Shown here: piece by piece, positions 9,260-18,277 of the stretch
Layout: each line of letters opens with the position of its first letter
How positions within the stretch are numbered: position 1 is the stretch's first letter
Made by a program: the position numbers and the translations under genes
The notes under the pieces: model-generated
What the model was told of the DNA's origin: nothing
What the model saw: the letters and a program-made list of their open reading frames with translations, nothing else
The model's database searches: none
Assembly: GCA_964579635.1 (NCBI GenBank)
Contig: CAZOFV010000003.1
Span: 2,768 to 66,767 of the forward strand
DNA: 64,000 bases
From: an uncultured Candidatus Saccharibacteria bacterium
Lineage (GTDB): Bacteria > Patescibacteriota > Minisyncoccia > Phycocordibacterales > VMEP01
Reading direction: 5' to 3'

Positions 9260-11557
9260 ATGTCGAAAGTCGCAAAAGTTGCACAGAAATTACCATTACT
9301 AATCAAAAAAATTCAAAAACGTGATGGTACGATAGTTGATTTTGATATTGACAGAGTTACGAGTGCAGTAAACAAGGCGATGGTTGCGACAGGAGAGGGA
9401 AGCGAGAAGGAAGCGGAATATATTTCTCGCAAAGTTTATTCTGAGCTTTTGCGAGTGAACAAACTTGTAAAGAATTTTGTTCCAACAGTGGAAGGAATTC
9501 AAGATTTCGTTGAAGCACAGCTCATCACAGAAGACTACGCCAAAACAGCGAAGGCATACATCCTCTATAGAGAGGAGCGTTCTCGTTTACGTCGTGAAGT
9601 TGGAGAGGTTCCAGAGAAGGTACGAAAGCTTTCAGAGGAAAGTAAAAAATATTTTAGAAATGTATTAGGAGAATTTATTTATTACCGCACATATTCAAGA
9701 TGGATTGATGGTGAAGGACGACGAGAGACTTGGGTTGAAACAGTCGATCGTTATGTTGATTTCATGCGCGAGAATCTTGGTAAGAAATTAAAAGAGGAAG
9801 AGTATAAAGAAATAAGAGAAGCAATTCTAAAACAAGAAGCAATGCCATCAATGCGACTCTTTCAGTTTGCTGGTCTTGCTGCACGTAAAACAAATATTTG
9901 TGCATACAATTGTTCGTTCATTGCTCCAACCGCATGGCAAGATTTTGGAGAGGTCATGTATATATTAATGTGCGGTACCGGTGTTGGTTATGCTGTAGAA
10001 AATCAAAATATCGATAAGCTTCCTTCAATCAAATATCAAACAGGTAAAAAAGAACCAAAACATATTATTGCCGACAGTAAGGAGGGGTGGGCAGATGCGA
10101 TTGTTTTAGGAATGAAGACTTGGTCTGAAGGAAAAGATATTGAGTTTGATTATTCCGCACTTCGCCCAGCTGGCGCTCGTTTAAAAACAATGGGCGGAAA
10201 ATCGTCTGGTCCTGATCCAATTCGTTCTGTTATTAATTTCACTCGCGAGAGAATGTTAAAGAAACAAGGACGCAAGCTATCTCCCTTAGATGCACATGAT
10301 ATTTTATGTAAAATCGGTGAGTGTGTAGTTGCTGGTGGGGTAAGAAGAAGTGCCATGATTTCACTCTCAGATTTGGGTGATGTTGAGATGAGAGACTCTA
10401 AAAAGGGTCCATTTTATTACACAGACCCACAGCGTGCTCTTGCTAACAACTCTGCTGTTTATGTTGATAAACCAACAACTGAAGAGTTTTTAGATGAGTG
10501 GGTTGCTTTAATGAAGTCAAAATCAGGGGAGCGTGGAATATTTAACCGTGGTTCTTTGGCAACAACTCTCCCAGAGAGACGCATTAAGTTTTTGGATGAA
10601 TATATAACAAACGGACGCATGACTGGTCCTGTTGGAACAAACCCATGCGGAGAAATAATCTTACAATCAAAACAGTTTTGTAACCTTTCAGAGGTTATTG
10701 CCCGCCCAGGGGATACCGTTGAAAAACTTCTTAAGAAGATTAGAATCGCGACAATCATCGGAACATATCAATCAACACTCACAAACTTCCCATATCTATC
10801 AAAAGAATGGAAAGAAAATTGTGAAAAAGAAAGATTGCTCGGAGTCTCTGTTACGGGGCAGTGGGATTGTCCAACTGCACGCAAGGCAGATGTTTTGGAT
10901 AAACTTCGTAATGAAACGATAAAAATTAACCAACAGTACGCTAAGAGGTTTGGAGTAAATCCTTCAACGGCGATTACAGCAGTTAAGCCATCTGGAAATC
11001 TTTCTCAGACAGTTGATTCTTCTTCTGGGATGCATCCACGTTTTGCACCATTTTATATTCGTCGCGTACGTATCGCTTCGACAGATTCTCTTTTCAAAAT
11101 GTTGAAAGACCAAGGAGTGCCATATCATCCTGAAGTTGGACAAACCGCTGATTCAGCAACAACTTTTGTTATTGATTTTCCAGTACGTGCTCCAAAGGGT
11201 TCAATTTTCAAGAACGATTTAACAGCGATTGATCAATTGGAATATTGGAAGATGTATAAAACGCACTATACAGAACATAATCCATCAACGACAATTTCTG
11301 TCGGCGATACAGAGTGGATTGATGTTGGACATTGGGTATATAAAAATTGGGATATAGTTGGTGGACTTTCTTTCTTGCCACGAGATAATCACGTCTATCA
11401 ACTTGCACCTTACGAAGAAATAGATGAAAAGAAATATATTGAGTTAGCAAAACGATGGGAACATATTGATTTCTCAAAGATTGTAACTTATGAGAAGGTT
11501 GATGAAACAGAAAACAAAGCAGAACTCGCATGTGTGGCAGGAATTTGTGAGATATAG
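9260..11557 (+). CDS. nrdJ: Class II (adenosylcobalamin-dependent) ribonucleotide reductase with N-terminal ATP cone
   Basis: IQKRDG ATP cone; YYRTYSR, YNCSF, GGVRRSA, TNPCGEI, TAVKPSG, C-terminal CxxGxCEI; no beta subunit nearby. Confidence 0.9.
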   Translation: MSKVAKVAQKLPLLIKKIQKRDGTIVDFDIDRVTSAVNKAMVATGEGSEKEAEYISRKVYSELLRVNKLVKNFVPTVEGIQDFVEAQLITEDYAKTAKAYILYREERSRLRREVGEVPEKVRKLSEESKKYFRNVLGEFIYYRTYSRWIDGEGRRETWVETVDRYVDFMRENLGKKLKEEEYKEIREAILKQEAMPSMRLFQFAGLAARKTNICAYNCSFIAPTAWQDFGEVMYILMCGTGVGYAVENQNIDKLPSIKYQTGKKEPKHIIADSKEGWADAIVLGMKTWSEGKDIEFDYSALRPAGARLKTMGGKSSGPDPIRSVINFTRERMLKKQGRKLSPLDAHDILCKIGECVVAGGVRRSAMISLSDLGDVEMRDSKKGPFYYTDPQRALANNSAVYVDKPTTEEFLDEWVALMKSKSGERGIFNRGSLATTLPERRIKFLDEYITNGRMTGPVGTNPCGEIILQSKQFCNLSEVIARPGDTVEKLLKKIRIATIIGTYQSTLTNFPYLSKEWKENCEKERLLGVSVTGQWDCPTARKADVLDKLRNETIKINQQYAKRFGVNPSTAITAVKPSGNLSQTVDSSSGMHPRFAPFYIRRVRIASTDSLFKMLKDQGVPYHPEVGQTADSATTFVIDFPVRAPKGSIFKNDLTAIDQLEYWKMYKTHYTEHNPSTTISVGDTEWIDVGHWVYKNWDIVGGLSFLPRDNHVYQLAPYEEIDEKKYIELAKRWEHIDFSKIVTYEKVDETENKAELACVAGICEI

Positions 11558-11581
11558 AAACAGAAAATTAGGCAATTAGTA

Positions 11582-11614
11582 AAAAAGAAAACACCAGAAA
11601 GGTGTTTTCTTTTT
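11582..11614 (+). terminator. Intrinsic terminator after nrdJ
   Basis: AAAAAGAAAACACC-AGAAA-GGTGTTTTCTTTTT. Confidence 0.8.
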
Positions 11615-11731
11615 GTTCTAGGGCAATTAGTGTTCAAAATATAGCCCTAAAATCAAAGAGATTTTAAGTATTGACTTTTTGTTTATTATCTGCTTTAATG
11701 AAAAGAGTAATAACAACCTAAGGAGAGGGTT

Positions 11732-11986
11732 ATGCACCACGTTATTTACAAGGGTGGCAGTTTGCCTCCCGTCGAACAAGAATGGCGCTTCATGATGACG
11801 ACGACTATCGTGGCCATCGTCATCATGTTGGCGATTACACTTGGTGGCGTGGCAGATTACCTGAACTCGCCACAGGTTTACGTCTCGAATTCGACGGGAA
11901 AATGCGTTAAGGTCGTTTCGCCGAAAGGTGAACACCCGTGCGCCCCTGGCGATGAAAAGAAATACGAGCGTGTGTGGGTGAAGTAA
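11732..11986 (+). CDS. Small orphan single-TM protein with a Cys pair
   Basis: TTGACT-17-TTTAAT promoter (11671-11699), AGGAG SD (11721), hydrophobic helix, hairpin at 12002-12034. Confidence 0.6.
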   Translation: MHHVIYKGGSLPPVEQEWRFMMTTTIVAIVIMLAITLGGVADYLNSPQVYVSNSTGKCVKVVSPKGEHPCAPGDEKKYERVWVK

Positions 11987-12092
11987 ATCTCCATGCTCAA
12001 AAAAGGCCGAAACGCTTCATGCGCTTCGGCCTTTCGTCTTTTGTTGCCCATAACCGTGCTTTTTGTTATAGTTTCGTCGTTACTTTTCCCTT

Positions 12093-12164
12093 GCGAGTGT
12101 AGTTCAGTGGTAGAACGCTGTCCTGATAAGACAGAGGTCGAAGGTCCGATTCCTTCCACTCGCA
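12093..12164 (+). tRNA. tRNA-Ile (GAT)
   Basis: GCGAGTG/CACTCGC acceptor, D-arm GTTC..GAAC, CTGTC-CTGATAA-GACAG, T-arm GAAGG-TCCGATT-CCTTC. Confidence 0.93.
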
Positions 12165-12205
12165 CATAGTTTTTTGTTGGCCGTTTTTTGCGTATAATTA
12201 AGCAC

Positions 12206-12841
12206 ATGACAACATTTCATATTGATATAGAAAAAGCATTTAGATTTGGATGGGAGAAAACAAAAAAACATTTTTGGTTAATTTTTTCTGTAATGATTTT
12301 TTCTTTTGTGGTGTCATCAATATTTGAAGCCCTTTCTTTTTCTTATAAGAATAGTGGTTATTATTTTGGGCGTTTTATTTTTTCTTTCTTTGGTTGGGTT
12401 TTTAACGCACTGGTAAATATTGGAATCATTCACATGAGTTTGATGCTTATTAATGACAGGGCAATTAAGTTCAATAATTTTTTTGATAAATCATATCTCT
12501 TTTTGAATTATATTATTGGTACGTTACTTTATTTTGCCGCAATTGTTGTTGGTTTGATTTTGCTTATTGTTCCCGGGATTATTCTTATGATAAGACTTCA
12601 GTTTTACAGATTCTTGATTGTTGAAAAAGAAATGAACCCCCTCGAAGCTTTTTCAAAAAGCTGGAATATGACAAAAGGACAAAGTCTTGGTTTGGTTAAG
12701 ATTTTTCTCGCAATTATCGGACTTAATATTTTAGGGGCGCTTGCTTTGGGTGTTGGTTTGTTCGTAACTGTTCCCGTGAGTTTAATCGCCTATGCTTTTG
12801 TGTATAACAAACTTGCTCACGCCGATTCTCAGGTAAAATAA
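12206..12841 (+). CDS. Integral membrane protein (DUF975-like)
   Basis: Multiple TM helices; LIVPGI, A..KSW.MTKG, LALGVGLFVTVP; ATG at 12206. Confidence 0.7.
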   Translation: MTTFHIDIEKAFRFGWEKTKKHFWLIFSVMIFSFVVSSIFEALSFSYKNSGYYFGRFIFSFFGWVFNALVNIGIIHMSLMLINDRAIKFNNFFDKSYLFLNYIIGTLLYFAAIVVGLILLIVPGIILMIRLQFYRFLIVEKEMNPLEAFSKSWNMTKGQSLGLVKIFLAIIGLNILGALALGVGLFVTVPVSLIAYAFVYNKLAHADSQVK

Positions 12842-12845
12842 ATAA

Positions 12846-13601
12846 ATGATTGGTATTTTTGATTCTGGGTCTGGCGGTCTTACCGTCTTTAAGGAAATTA
12901 TTGCCCGCTTACCAAAGGCCGATTTTGTTTATTTTGGTGATTTAAGGAACGCTCCATATGGAGAAAAAACTCCAGAAGAGCTTGGAGCTCTTACTGTTTT
13001 AGGAATGGAGAGATTGCTCAATGAGGGGGCAACACAAATCGTTAGCGCGTGTAATAGCGTCTCTTCTAATATCGTCATGCCAATGTTTGATATTTTAGAC
13101 ATTAAGCCGATTGATATTATTGAAATGGTTGGGCCGACAGTACGTGCTTTTAGGGAAAAGAGAGACAAAAAAGTTTTAATTGTTGGGACGACAGCAACGC
13201 TTCGTTCTGGAATTTATCAAAACGGATTTCTTGCTCTTGGTATGGACGTTATTGCAGTGCCAATCCCATATCTTGCTGGCGCAATAGAAGAGGGAACAAC
13301 AGAGGCTGGAATGAAGGGAATGGTCAGTAATGTTTTAGAAAAACATAAAGGGGAGTTTGATACAATTGTCCTTGCTTGCACACATTATCCGCTTATTTGG
13401 AATATTTTTAGTGATGTTGTTGGTGGTGATATTGAAATATTTAATCCAGCTGTAGTCGTTGCGGAAGAAGTGTCTAAACGTTTTGAGGGAAACGGAGAAT
13501 CTAAGGTGAGGTTTGTTATTTCAAAAGATTCGCAATTTTTCCGACAAAAAGTAATGGAGATTTTTGGTTCCGAAGGCTATGTAATCGACGTGTTAAAATA
13601 A
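12846..13601 (+). CDS. murI: Glutamate racemase
   Basis: IGIFDSGSGGLTV, PYGEK, ACNS, LACTHYP. Confidence 0.93.
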   Translation: MIGIFDSGSGGLTVFKEIIARLPKADFVYFGDLRNAPYGEKTPEELGALTVLGMERLLNEGATQIVSACNSVSSNIVMPMFDILDIKPIDIIEMVGPTVRAFREKRDKKVLIVGTTATLRSGIYQNGFLALGMDVIAVPIPYLAGAIEEGTTEAGMKGMVSNVLEKHKGEFDTIVLACTHYPLIWNIFSDVVGGDIEIFNPAVVVAEEVSKRFEGNGESKVRFVISKDSQFFRQKVMEIFGSEGYVIDVLK

Positions 13602-13609
13602 TCCCGTAT

Positions 13610-14935
13610 ATGAATACCGCTAAATTAGTTTTAGAAAATAATATAGATTTAAAAAAATATCAAAATGTACATTTTGTTGGTATTGGTGGAATAGGGGTTT
13701 CTGCTATCGCAAGAATGATGCTTTTGGAGGGGAGAAATGTTTCTGGTTCAGATTCGAAAGATTCTGAAATTACAAATGAGCTCAGTGTTTTAGGGGCGAC
13801 TATTTTTAATGAGCATAATAAGGAGAACGTAAAAGGAAATATCGATTTGGTTGTTTACACAGTGGCTGTTTTGGAAGATAATCCAGAGCTTGTTTCGGCA
13901 AAAGAACAGGGGATTAAGTGCCTATCATACCCAGAAATATTGGGTTTAATTTCAAAAAACAAAAAAACAATTGCTGTTTCTGGTACTCACGGCAAGACCA
14001 CAACTACCGCAATGATTGCGAGAATTTTTATCGATAGCGGGAAAGAGCCGACGGTCGTTGTTGGGAGCAAGTTATTAGAAGGAGCTGATAATTTAAAAAG
14101 TAATTTCATTGCAGGGAAGGGAGATTATTTCATAGTGGAGGCGTGTGAATATCGTCGCTCGTTTTTAAATATTCATCCAACGATAGGGGTCATAACAAAT
14201 ATTGATAATGATCATCTTGATTACTACAAAGACTTAGAAGATATACAAAGTGCGTTTAAGTCTTTCGCAGAATTAATCCCAAAAGAGGGGGTATTGATTT
14301 GTGATCGTAGTGATGAAAGATTAAAAAGTGTAATAGAAGGGCTTACTTGTACGATTGTTGATTACATGGATTTTTATGAGGAGAATATGGAAATTTCTGT
14401 TTCGGGGGAACATAACAGAAAAAATGCCGCTGTTGCTATTGCCGTCGGAAATGTTTGTGGAATTGATGTTTCTCTATCAAAAAAAGCGTTAAAAGAGTTT
14501 AAGGGAACATGGCGTAGGTTTGAATATAAAGGAAAAACAACCAACGGTGTTTTTGTTTACGATGATTACGGACATCATCCAACTGAAGTTAAAGCAACAC
14601 TTGCGGGTGCTCGCGAAAAATTTCCAGATAAAAAAATCACGGTAGTTTTTCAACCACATCTTTATTCACGAACTAAACTTCTTTTAGATGATTTTGCAAA
14701 ATCTTTTGATGACGCTGATAAAGCTTTGCTTTTACCGATTTATGCTGCTCGTGAGTCATTTGATGAGAGTATTAAGAGCGAGATGCTTGCAGAAAAAATC
14801 GGCGATAAAGCTAAGTCATTTTTAAATTTTTCTGATGTTGAAAATTATTTAAAGGAGGTGCAAAAAGAAGGAGATATTTTGATTACAATGGGGGCGGGAG
14901 ATGTTTATAAAGTGGGGGAGAATTTACTTAAATAG
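13610..14935 (+). CDS. murC: UDP-N-acetylmuramate--L-alanine ligase
   Basis: HFVGIGGIGVSAIA, GTHGKTTTT, EACEY, DHLDYY, DDYGHHPTE, VFQPHLYSRT. Confidence 0.96.
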   Translation: MNTAKLVLENNIDLKKYQNVHFVGIGGIGVSAIARMMLLEGRNVSGSDSKDSEITNELSVLGATIFNEHNKENVKGNIDLVVYTVAVLEDNPELVSAKEQGIKCLSYPEILGLISKNKKTIAVSGTHGKTTTTAMIARIFIDSGKEPTVVVGSKLLEGADNLKSNFIAGKGDYFIVEACEYRRSFLNIHPTIGVITNIDNDHLDYYKDLEDIQSAFKSFAELIPKEGVLICDRSDERLKSVIEGLTCTIVDYMDFYEENMEISVSGEHNRKNAAVAIAVGNVCGIDVSLSKKALKEFKGTWRRFEYKGKTTNGVFVYDDYGHHPTEVKATLAGAREKFPDKKITVVFQPHLYSRTKLLLDDFAKSFDDADKALLLPIYAARESFDESIKSEMLAEKIGDKAKSFLNFSDVENYLKEVQKEGDILITMGAGDVYKVGENLLK

Positions 14936-15011
14936 TCTGCTATAATGGCCCTTTAGGAACTCTTGATTTTTAACATTGCCGAGGTTTGTGGCTATTTCGT
15001 GGGGGTGAAAA

Positions 15012-15563
15012 ATGAAAGCAATAACATGCTTGTTTTGTGAGCGCATGCGTAAAAATTTTTCGTTTTGTCAGGTTATCGCACTTGCGATACTGATGAATAC
15101 GATACATAAAAGCGCCGTTTTCGTTGGCCGAGGAATGAGGTCTATTGGAAAGGTGCTTGTTAATTGGGGGTCGGTTGAGACACCCCGATGGACGACGGAG
15201 CTTTTCCGCAGGGCTTACATGGTCGATGCGGAAATACATATCAATGGTTTTGTGTACCGCGGGCCACTTTATGCAATGTATCGTGAGTTCGTGAATGGGG
15301 AGAAACTTATCCTCAGCATGAACTGGGTTGCAAGAAGAAGTGAGGTAGGAAAATATTCACCGTATTCTGGGTCGTGCAGTTTCTGCCTTCCTGGTTTCGG
15401 TGAACCACACTTCATCAAGGGTGATAGCGAAGATAATCGCGCTGTCGGCAATGTTTGGTTCTTCTTCGAGGGTGGGTGGGCTGTTCTTTATTTCGGCAAT
15501 CCAAAAGAGCGTTTGTTGTTTCAGGGGGAAAAAGACACTCTTCGGGTTTATTCCCACTACTGA
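15012..15563 (+). CDS. Orphan hypothetical protein
   Basis: 183-aa ORF, GGGGGTG SD-like site, GC-richer than flanks, own terminator. Confidence 0.55.
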   Translation: MKAITCLFCERMRKNFSFCQVIALAILMNTIHKSAVFVGRGMRSIGKVLVNWGSVETPRWTTELFRRAYMVDAEIHINGFVYRGPLYAMYREFVNGEKLILSMNWVARRSEVGKYSPYSGSCSFCLPGFGEPHFIKGDSEDNRAVGNVWFFFEGGWAVLYFGNPKERLLFQGEKDTLRVYSHY

Positions 15564-15568
15564 CATGA

Positions 15569-15603
15569 GAACCGGGTTGCGAAAGCACCCGGTTCACTTT
15601 TTT
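15569..15603 (+). terminator. Intrinsic terminator
   Basis: GAACCGGGTTGC-GAAA-GCACCCGGTTC followed by a T run. Confidence 0.8.
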
Positions 15604-15627
15604 ATATATTTCGTTTAGGATTCAAAT

Positions 15628-16305
15628 ATGACCACACTTTATGTTGTTGCGACACCAATTGGAAACCTCGAAGATATAACCCTTCGGGCTATTCGCATTC
15701 TTAATGAGGTCGACGCGATTCTTTGTGAAGATACAAGAGTAACAGCGAAACTACTTTCTAAGTATGAAATAAAAAAATCACTCATCCGCTATGATGCGCA
15801 TTCGACCGACACAACATTAAAAAGGATTTTCACTTTGATCGAAGATGGTAAATCATTAGCCCTTGTTTCAGACGCTGGAACACCATCTATCTCTGACCCT
15901 GGTTCACATTTAGTACAAAAACTTCGTGAACATTTTTCCGAAGAAGATCTTTCAATCGTCGCTATCCCAGGAGCATCAGCCTTAACTTCTGCCTTATCAA
16001 TTTCGGGGATTCCTTCTTCAGAGTTTTTATTTTTGGGATTTTTACCACATAAAAAGGGGAGAGAAACAATATTTAAAGAAATCGTTGAAACAAAAAGACC
16101 GGTAGTTTTTTACGAGTCACCGCATCGAATTTTGAAAGCGCTTCAAAGTTTAAATAAATTTTGCCCAGAAAGAAGAATTGTGATTGGTAGGGAATTAACA
16201 AAAATCCACGAGGAAATGCTTTCTGGGACAGCCGAAGAGTTGATGATATTTTTTGATAAGAACAAAGATAAGGTTCGGGGAGAGTTTGTTGTAATTGTTA
16301 GCTAG
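15628..16305 (+). CDS. rsmI: 16S rRNA C1402 2'-O-methyltransferase
   Basis: LYVVATPIGNLEDITLRA, CEDTR, VSDAGTPSISDPG, FYESPHR, RELTKIHEE. Confidence 0.97.
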   Translation: MTTLYVVATPIGNLEDITLRAIRILNEVDAILCEDTRVTAKLLSKYEIKKSLIRYDAHSTDTTLKRIFTLIEDGKSLALVSDAGTPSISDPGSHLVQKLREHFSEEDLSIVAIPGASALTSALSISGIPSSEFLFLGFLPHKKGRETIFKEIVETKRPVVFYESPHRILKALQSLNKFCPERRIVIGRELTKIHEEMLSGTAEELMIFFDKNKDKVRGEFVVIVS

Positions 16306-16356
16306 CTTAAAGATTTTTAGCTTTGTCGGGAGAAAACATTACGCTATAATGGCCCT

Positions 16357-16647
16357 ATGTCAAAAAAGAGGATAATCATATTACTTGGTGTTTTAACAAC
16401 CCTTTTGCCATTATCTGGTTTTCCTGGAGCATGGCGTTCATTTTTCACTTTTGTTTTTGGTGTAGCAATTACCGGTTTAGCCTTTGTTGCGTTCAAGAGT
16501 AAAGACACTGATGGTTTAATAGAAAAAAGAGAAGACTCTTTTACTGAAAATACAATTCCACTGTCCTCTGCGGATAATTCTTCCACGGTTAGTAACACCG
16601 AGACTGTTTCTCACGAAAAAACACAAGAAGTCATAAGTTCTATATAA
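16357..16647 (+). CDS. Small two-TM hypothetical protein
   Basis: Hydrophobic hairpin with LSGFP..W, polar tail; -10 box just upstream. Confidence 0.7.
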   Translation: MSKKRIIILLGVLTTLLPLSGFPGAWRSFFTFVFGVAITGLAFVAFKSKDTDGLIEKREDSFTENTIPLSSADNSSTVSNTETVSHEKTQEVISSI

Positions 16648-16650
16648 ATA

Positions 16651-17904
16651 ATGTTAAAAAGTAAAAATAAGAAGCCGTTTTTAATTGGAAGCTTGTCGGC
16701 TTTATTTTTTACTGCTTCTTATTTTGGAGTTTCTCATATAACACAGAATGTTTACTCTGACGTTTCTCAGAGTACTAAGGTAGAAGAAAAATCAAAAATA
16801 GAGTCTGTTCTTGATAAAAACAACCAGGGAAAAATAGATTCATCTGTTGTTCACCTTAAAACACCAGAACCATTGAAAGGTATTTACATGACAGCTTGCG
16901 CTGGGAGCATGCCATCTTTTCGTGACCGATTAGCAAAAATTGCAGACGATACAGAGATAAATTCCATTATTATCGACGTTAAGGATTACAGTGGAACGAT
17001 TTCTTTTAAATCAGACAACCCTCTTTTTAAAGATAATGTTGGCGCAGGCTGTAAAATATCAGACCTTAAAGAATTCGTAAAAGTTCTTCACGAAAAAAAT
17101 ATTTACACAATTGCCCGCATAACGGTTTTTCAGGATCCATATTATTCTAAAATTCACCCAGAGCTTGCTGTTAAGCGTTTAAGTGATGGTGCTGTTTGGA
17201 AAGACAGAAAAGGACTTTCGTTTATAGATGTTGGAGCTAAACCATATTGGGATTATATTGTCGCGTTAGGGGAGGAATCTTATAAACTTGGGTTTGATGA
17301 ATTAAATTTTGATTATATTAGGTTCCCTTCAGACGGCGACATGAAGGATATTGATTTCACTTGGAGTAGAGGGAAAAATAAAGCTGTAGCGCTAGAGGAA
17401 TTTTTTACCTATTTGCATGAAAAACTTTCACCAACAGGAGCTAAGCTTTCCGCCGATCTTTTTGGGATGACGACAACAAACACCGATGATTTAAATATCG
17501 GGCAGGTTCTTGAGCGAACTCTTCCATATTTTGATTACGTGATGCCGATGGTTTATCCATCTCATTATCCACCGTATTTTAATGGCTGGAAAAACCCTAA
17601 TTTACAGGTTTATGGAGTTGTTAATTTTTCAATGTCTCACGCTGTCTCGCGTGCGGAAGCAACAACCACACCGATATATTTAATGGGCGAAACTAGAATT
17701 GGCACAACGACGCCACCAAGGTATACAAAAAAACCCGAAAATCGTTTGAAATTGAGGCCATGGCTACAGGATTTTCAGTATGGAGGGACATACGGCGCAA
17801 CGGAGGTTCGCGCGCAAATTAGGGCAACATATGACGCTGGTCTTACCTCATGGATTTTGTGGGATCCAGCCAATAAATACACGTTAGGAGCCCTAGAGAA
17901 ATAG
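16651..17904 (+). CDS. Putative glycoside hydrolase (DUF4015-like TIM barrel)
   Basis: KGIYMT, INSIIIDVKD, IARITVFQD, GFDELNFDYIRFP, MVYPSHY, RPWLQDF. Confidence 0.82.
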   Translation: MLKSKNKKPFLIGSLSALFFTASYFGVSHITQNVYSDVSQSTKVEEKSKIESVLDKNNQGKIDSSVVHLKTPEPLKGIYMTACAGSMPSFRDRLAKIADDTEINSIIIDVKDYSGTISFKSDNPLFKDNVGAGCKISDLKEFVKVLHEKNIYTIARITVFQDPYYSKIHPELAVKRLSDGAVWKDRKGLSFIDVGAKPYWDYIVALGEESYKLGFDELNFDYIRFPSDGDMKDIDFTWSRGKNKAVALEEFFTYLHEKLSPTGAKLSADLFGMTTTNTDDLNIGQVLERTLPYFDYVMPMVYPSHYPPYFNGWKNPNLQVYGVVNFSMSHAVSRAEATTTPIYLMGETRIGTTTPPRYTKKPENRLKLRPWLQDFQYGGTYGATEVRAQIRATYDAGLTSWILWDPANKYTLGALEK

Positions 17905-18011
17905 TGGTTTTATATACTTGCTTTTTCAGTAAGATGTGTTAATATAAACAAGTCGCGATATTTCTACGCGATGTTTTTGTTTCCATAACCTAAAAGACAG
18001 GAGAAATAGCC

Positions 18012-18185
18012 TTGAAGTGTAAAAAAGATTGTGCTGGTGAATGCGACAGCAACACCCCATGGGAGGAGCGTTCGCTTTGCCGGATGAAACAAGGCGCCGA
18101 CCTTATGGCGCAAAAAAACGGCGGGGGTGCCAACAAGAAGATGGTTCAAGATGGCATCCCCAAAAAAAAGACGGGGGACGAATAG
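18012..18185 (+). CDS. 57-aa Cys-rich small protein, absent from the ORF track
   Basis: AGGAG SD (17999-18003), TTG start, MKCKKDCAGECDSNTPWEERSLCRMKQGADLMAQKNGGGANKKMVQDGIPKKKTGDE*, terminator follows. Confidence 0.5.
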   Translation: MKCKKDCAGECDSNTPWEERSLCRMKQGADLMAQKNGGGANKKMVQDGIPKKKTGDE

Positions 18186-18205
18186 CAAATAGCGTCGTCC
18201 TAACG

Positions 18206-18241
18206 ACCCTGGGCCACTGTGATAGTGGTTCAGGGTTTTTT
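18206..18241 (+). terminator. Intrinsic terminator
   Basis: ACCCTGGGCCACT-GTGAT-AGTGGTTCAGGGT plus T run. Confidence 0.75.
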
Positions 18242-18277
18242 ATTTGGTGCATATTTTAGTATAATCTAAAGAAAGCT

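Noticed and set aside
13599-13612. TAA-TCCCGTAT-ATG between murI and murC resembling a left end of the GIY-YIG element
   Set aside because: Only 7-8 bp match, no partner repeat and no ATGA duplication; could be chance
17964-18259. Track ORFs 17964..18188 (-) and 18041..18259 (+)
   Set aside because: No clear SD, and the + ORF runs through the terminator; the 18012..18185 frame is better supported
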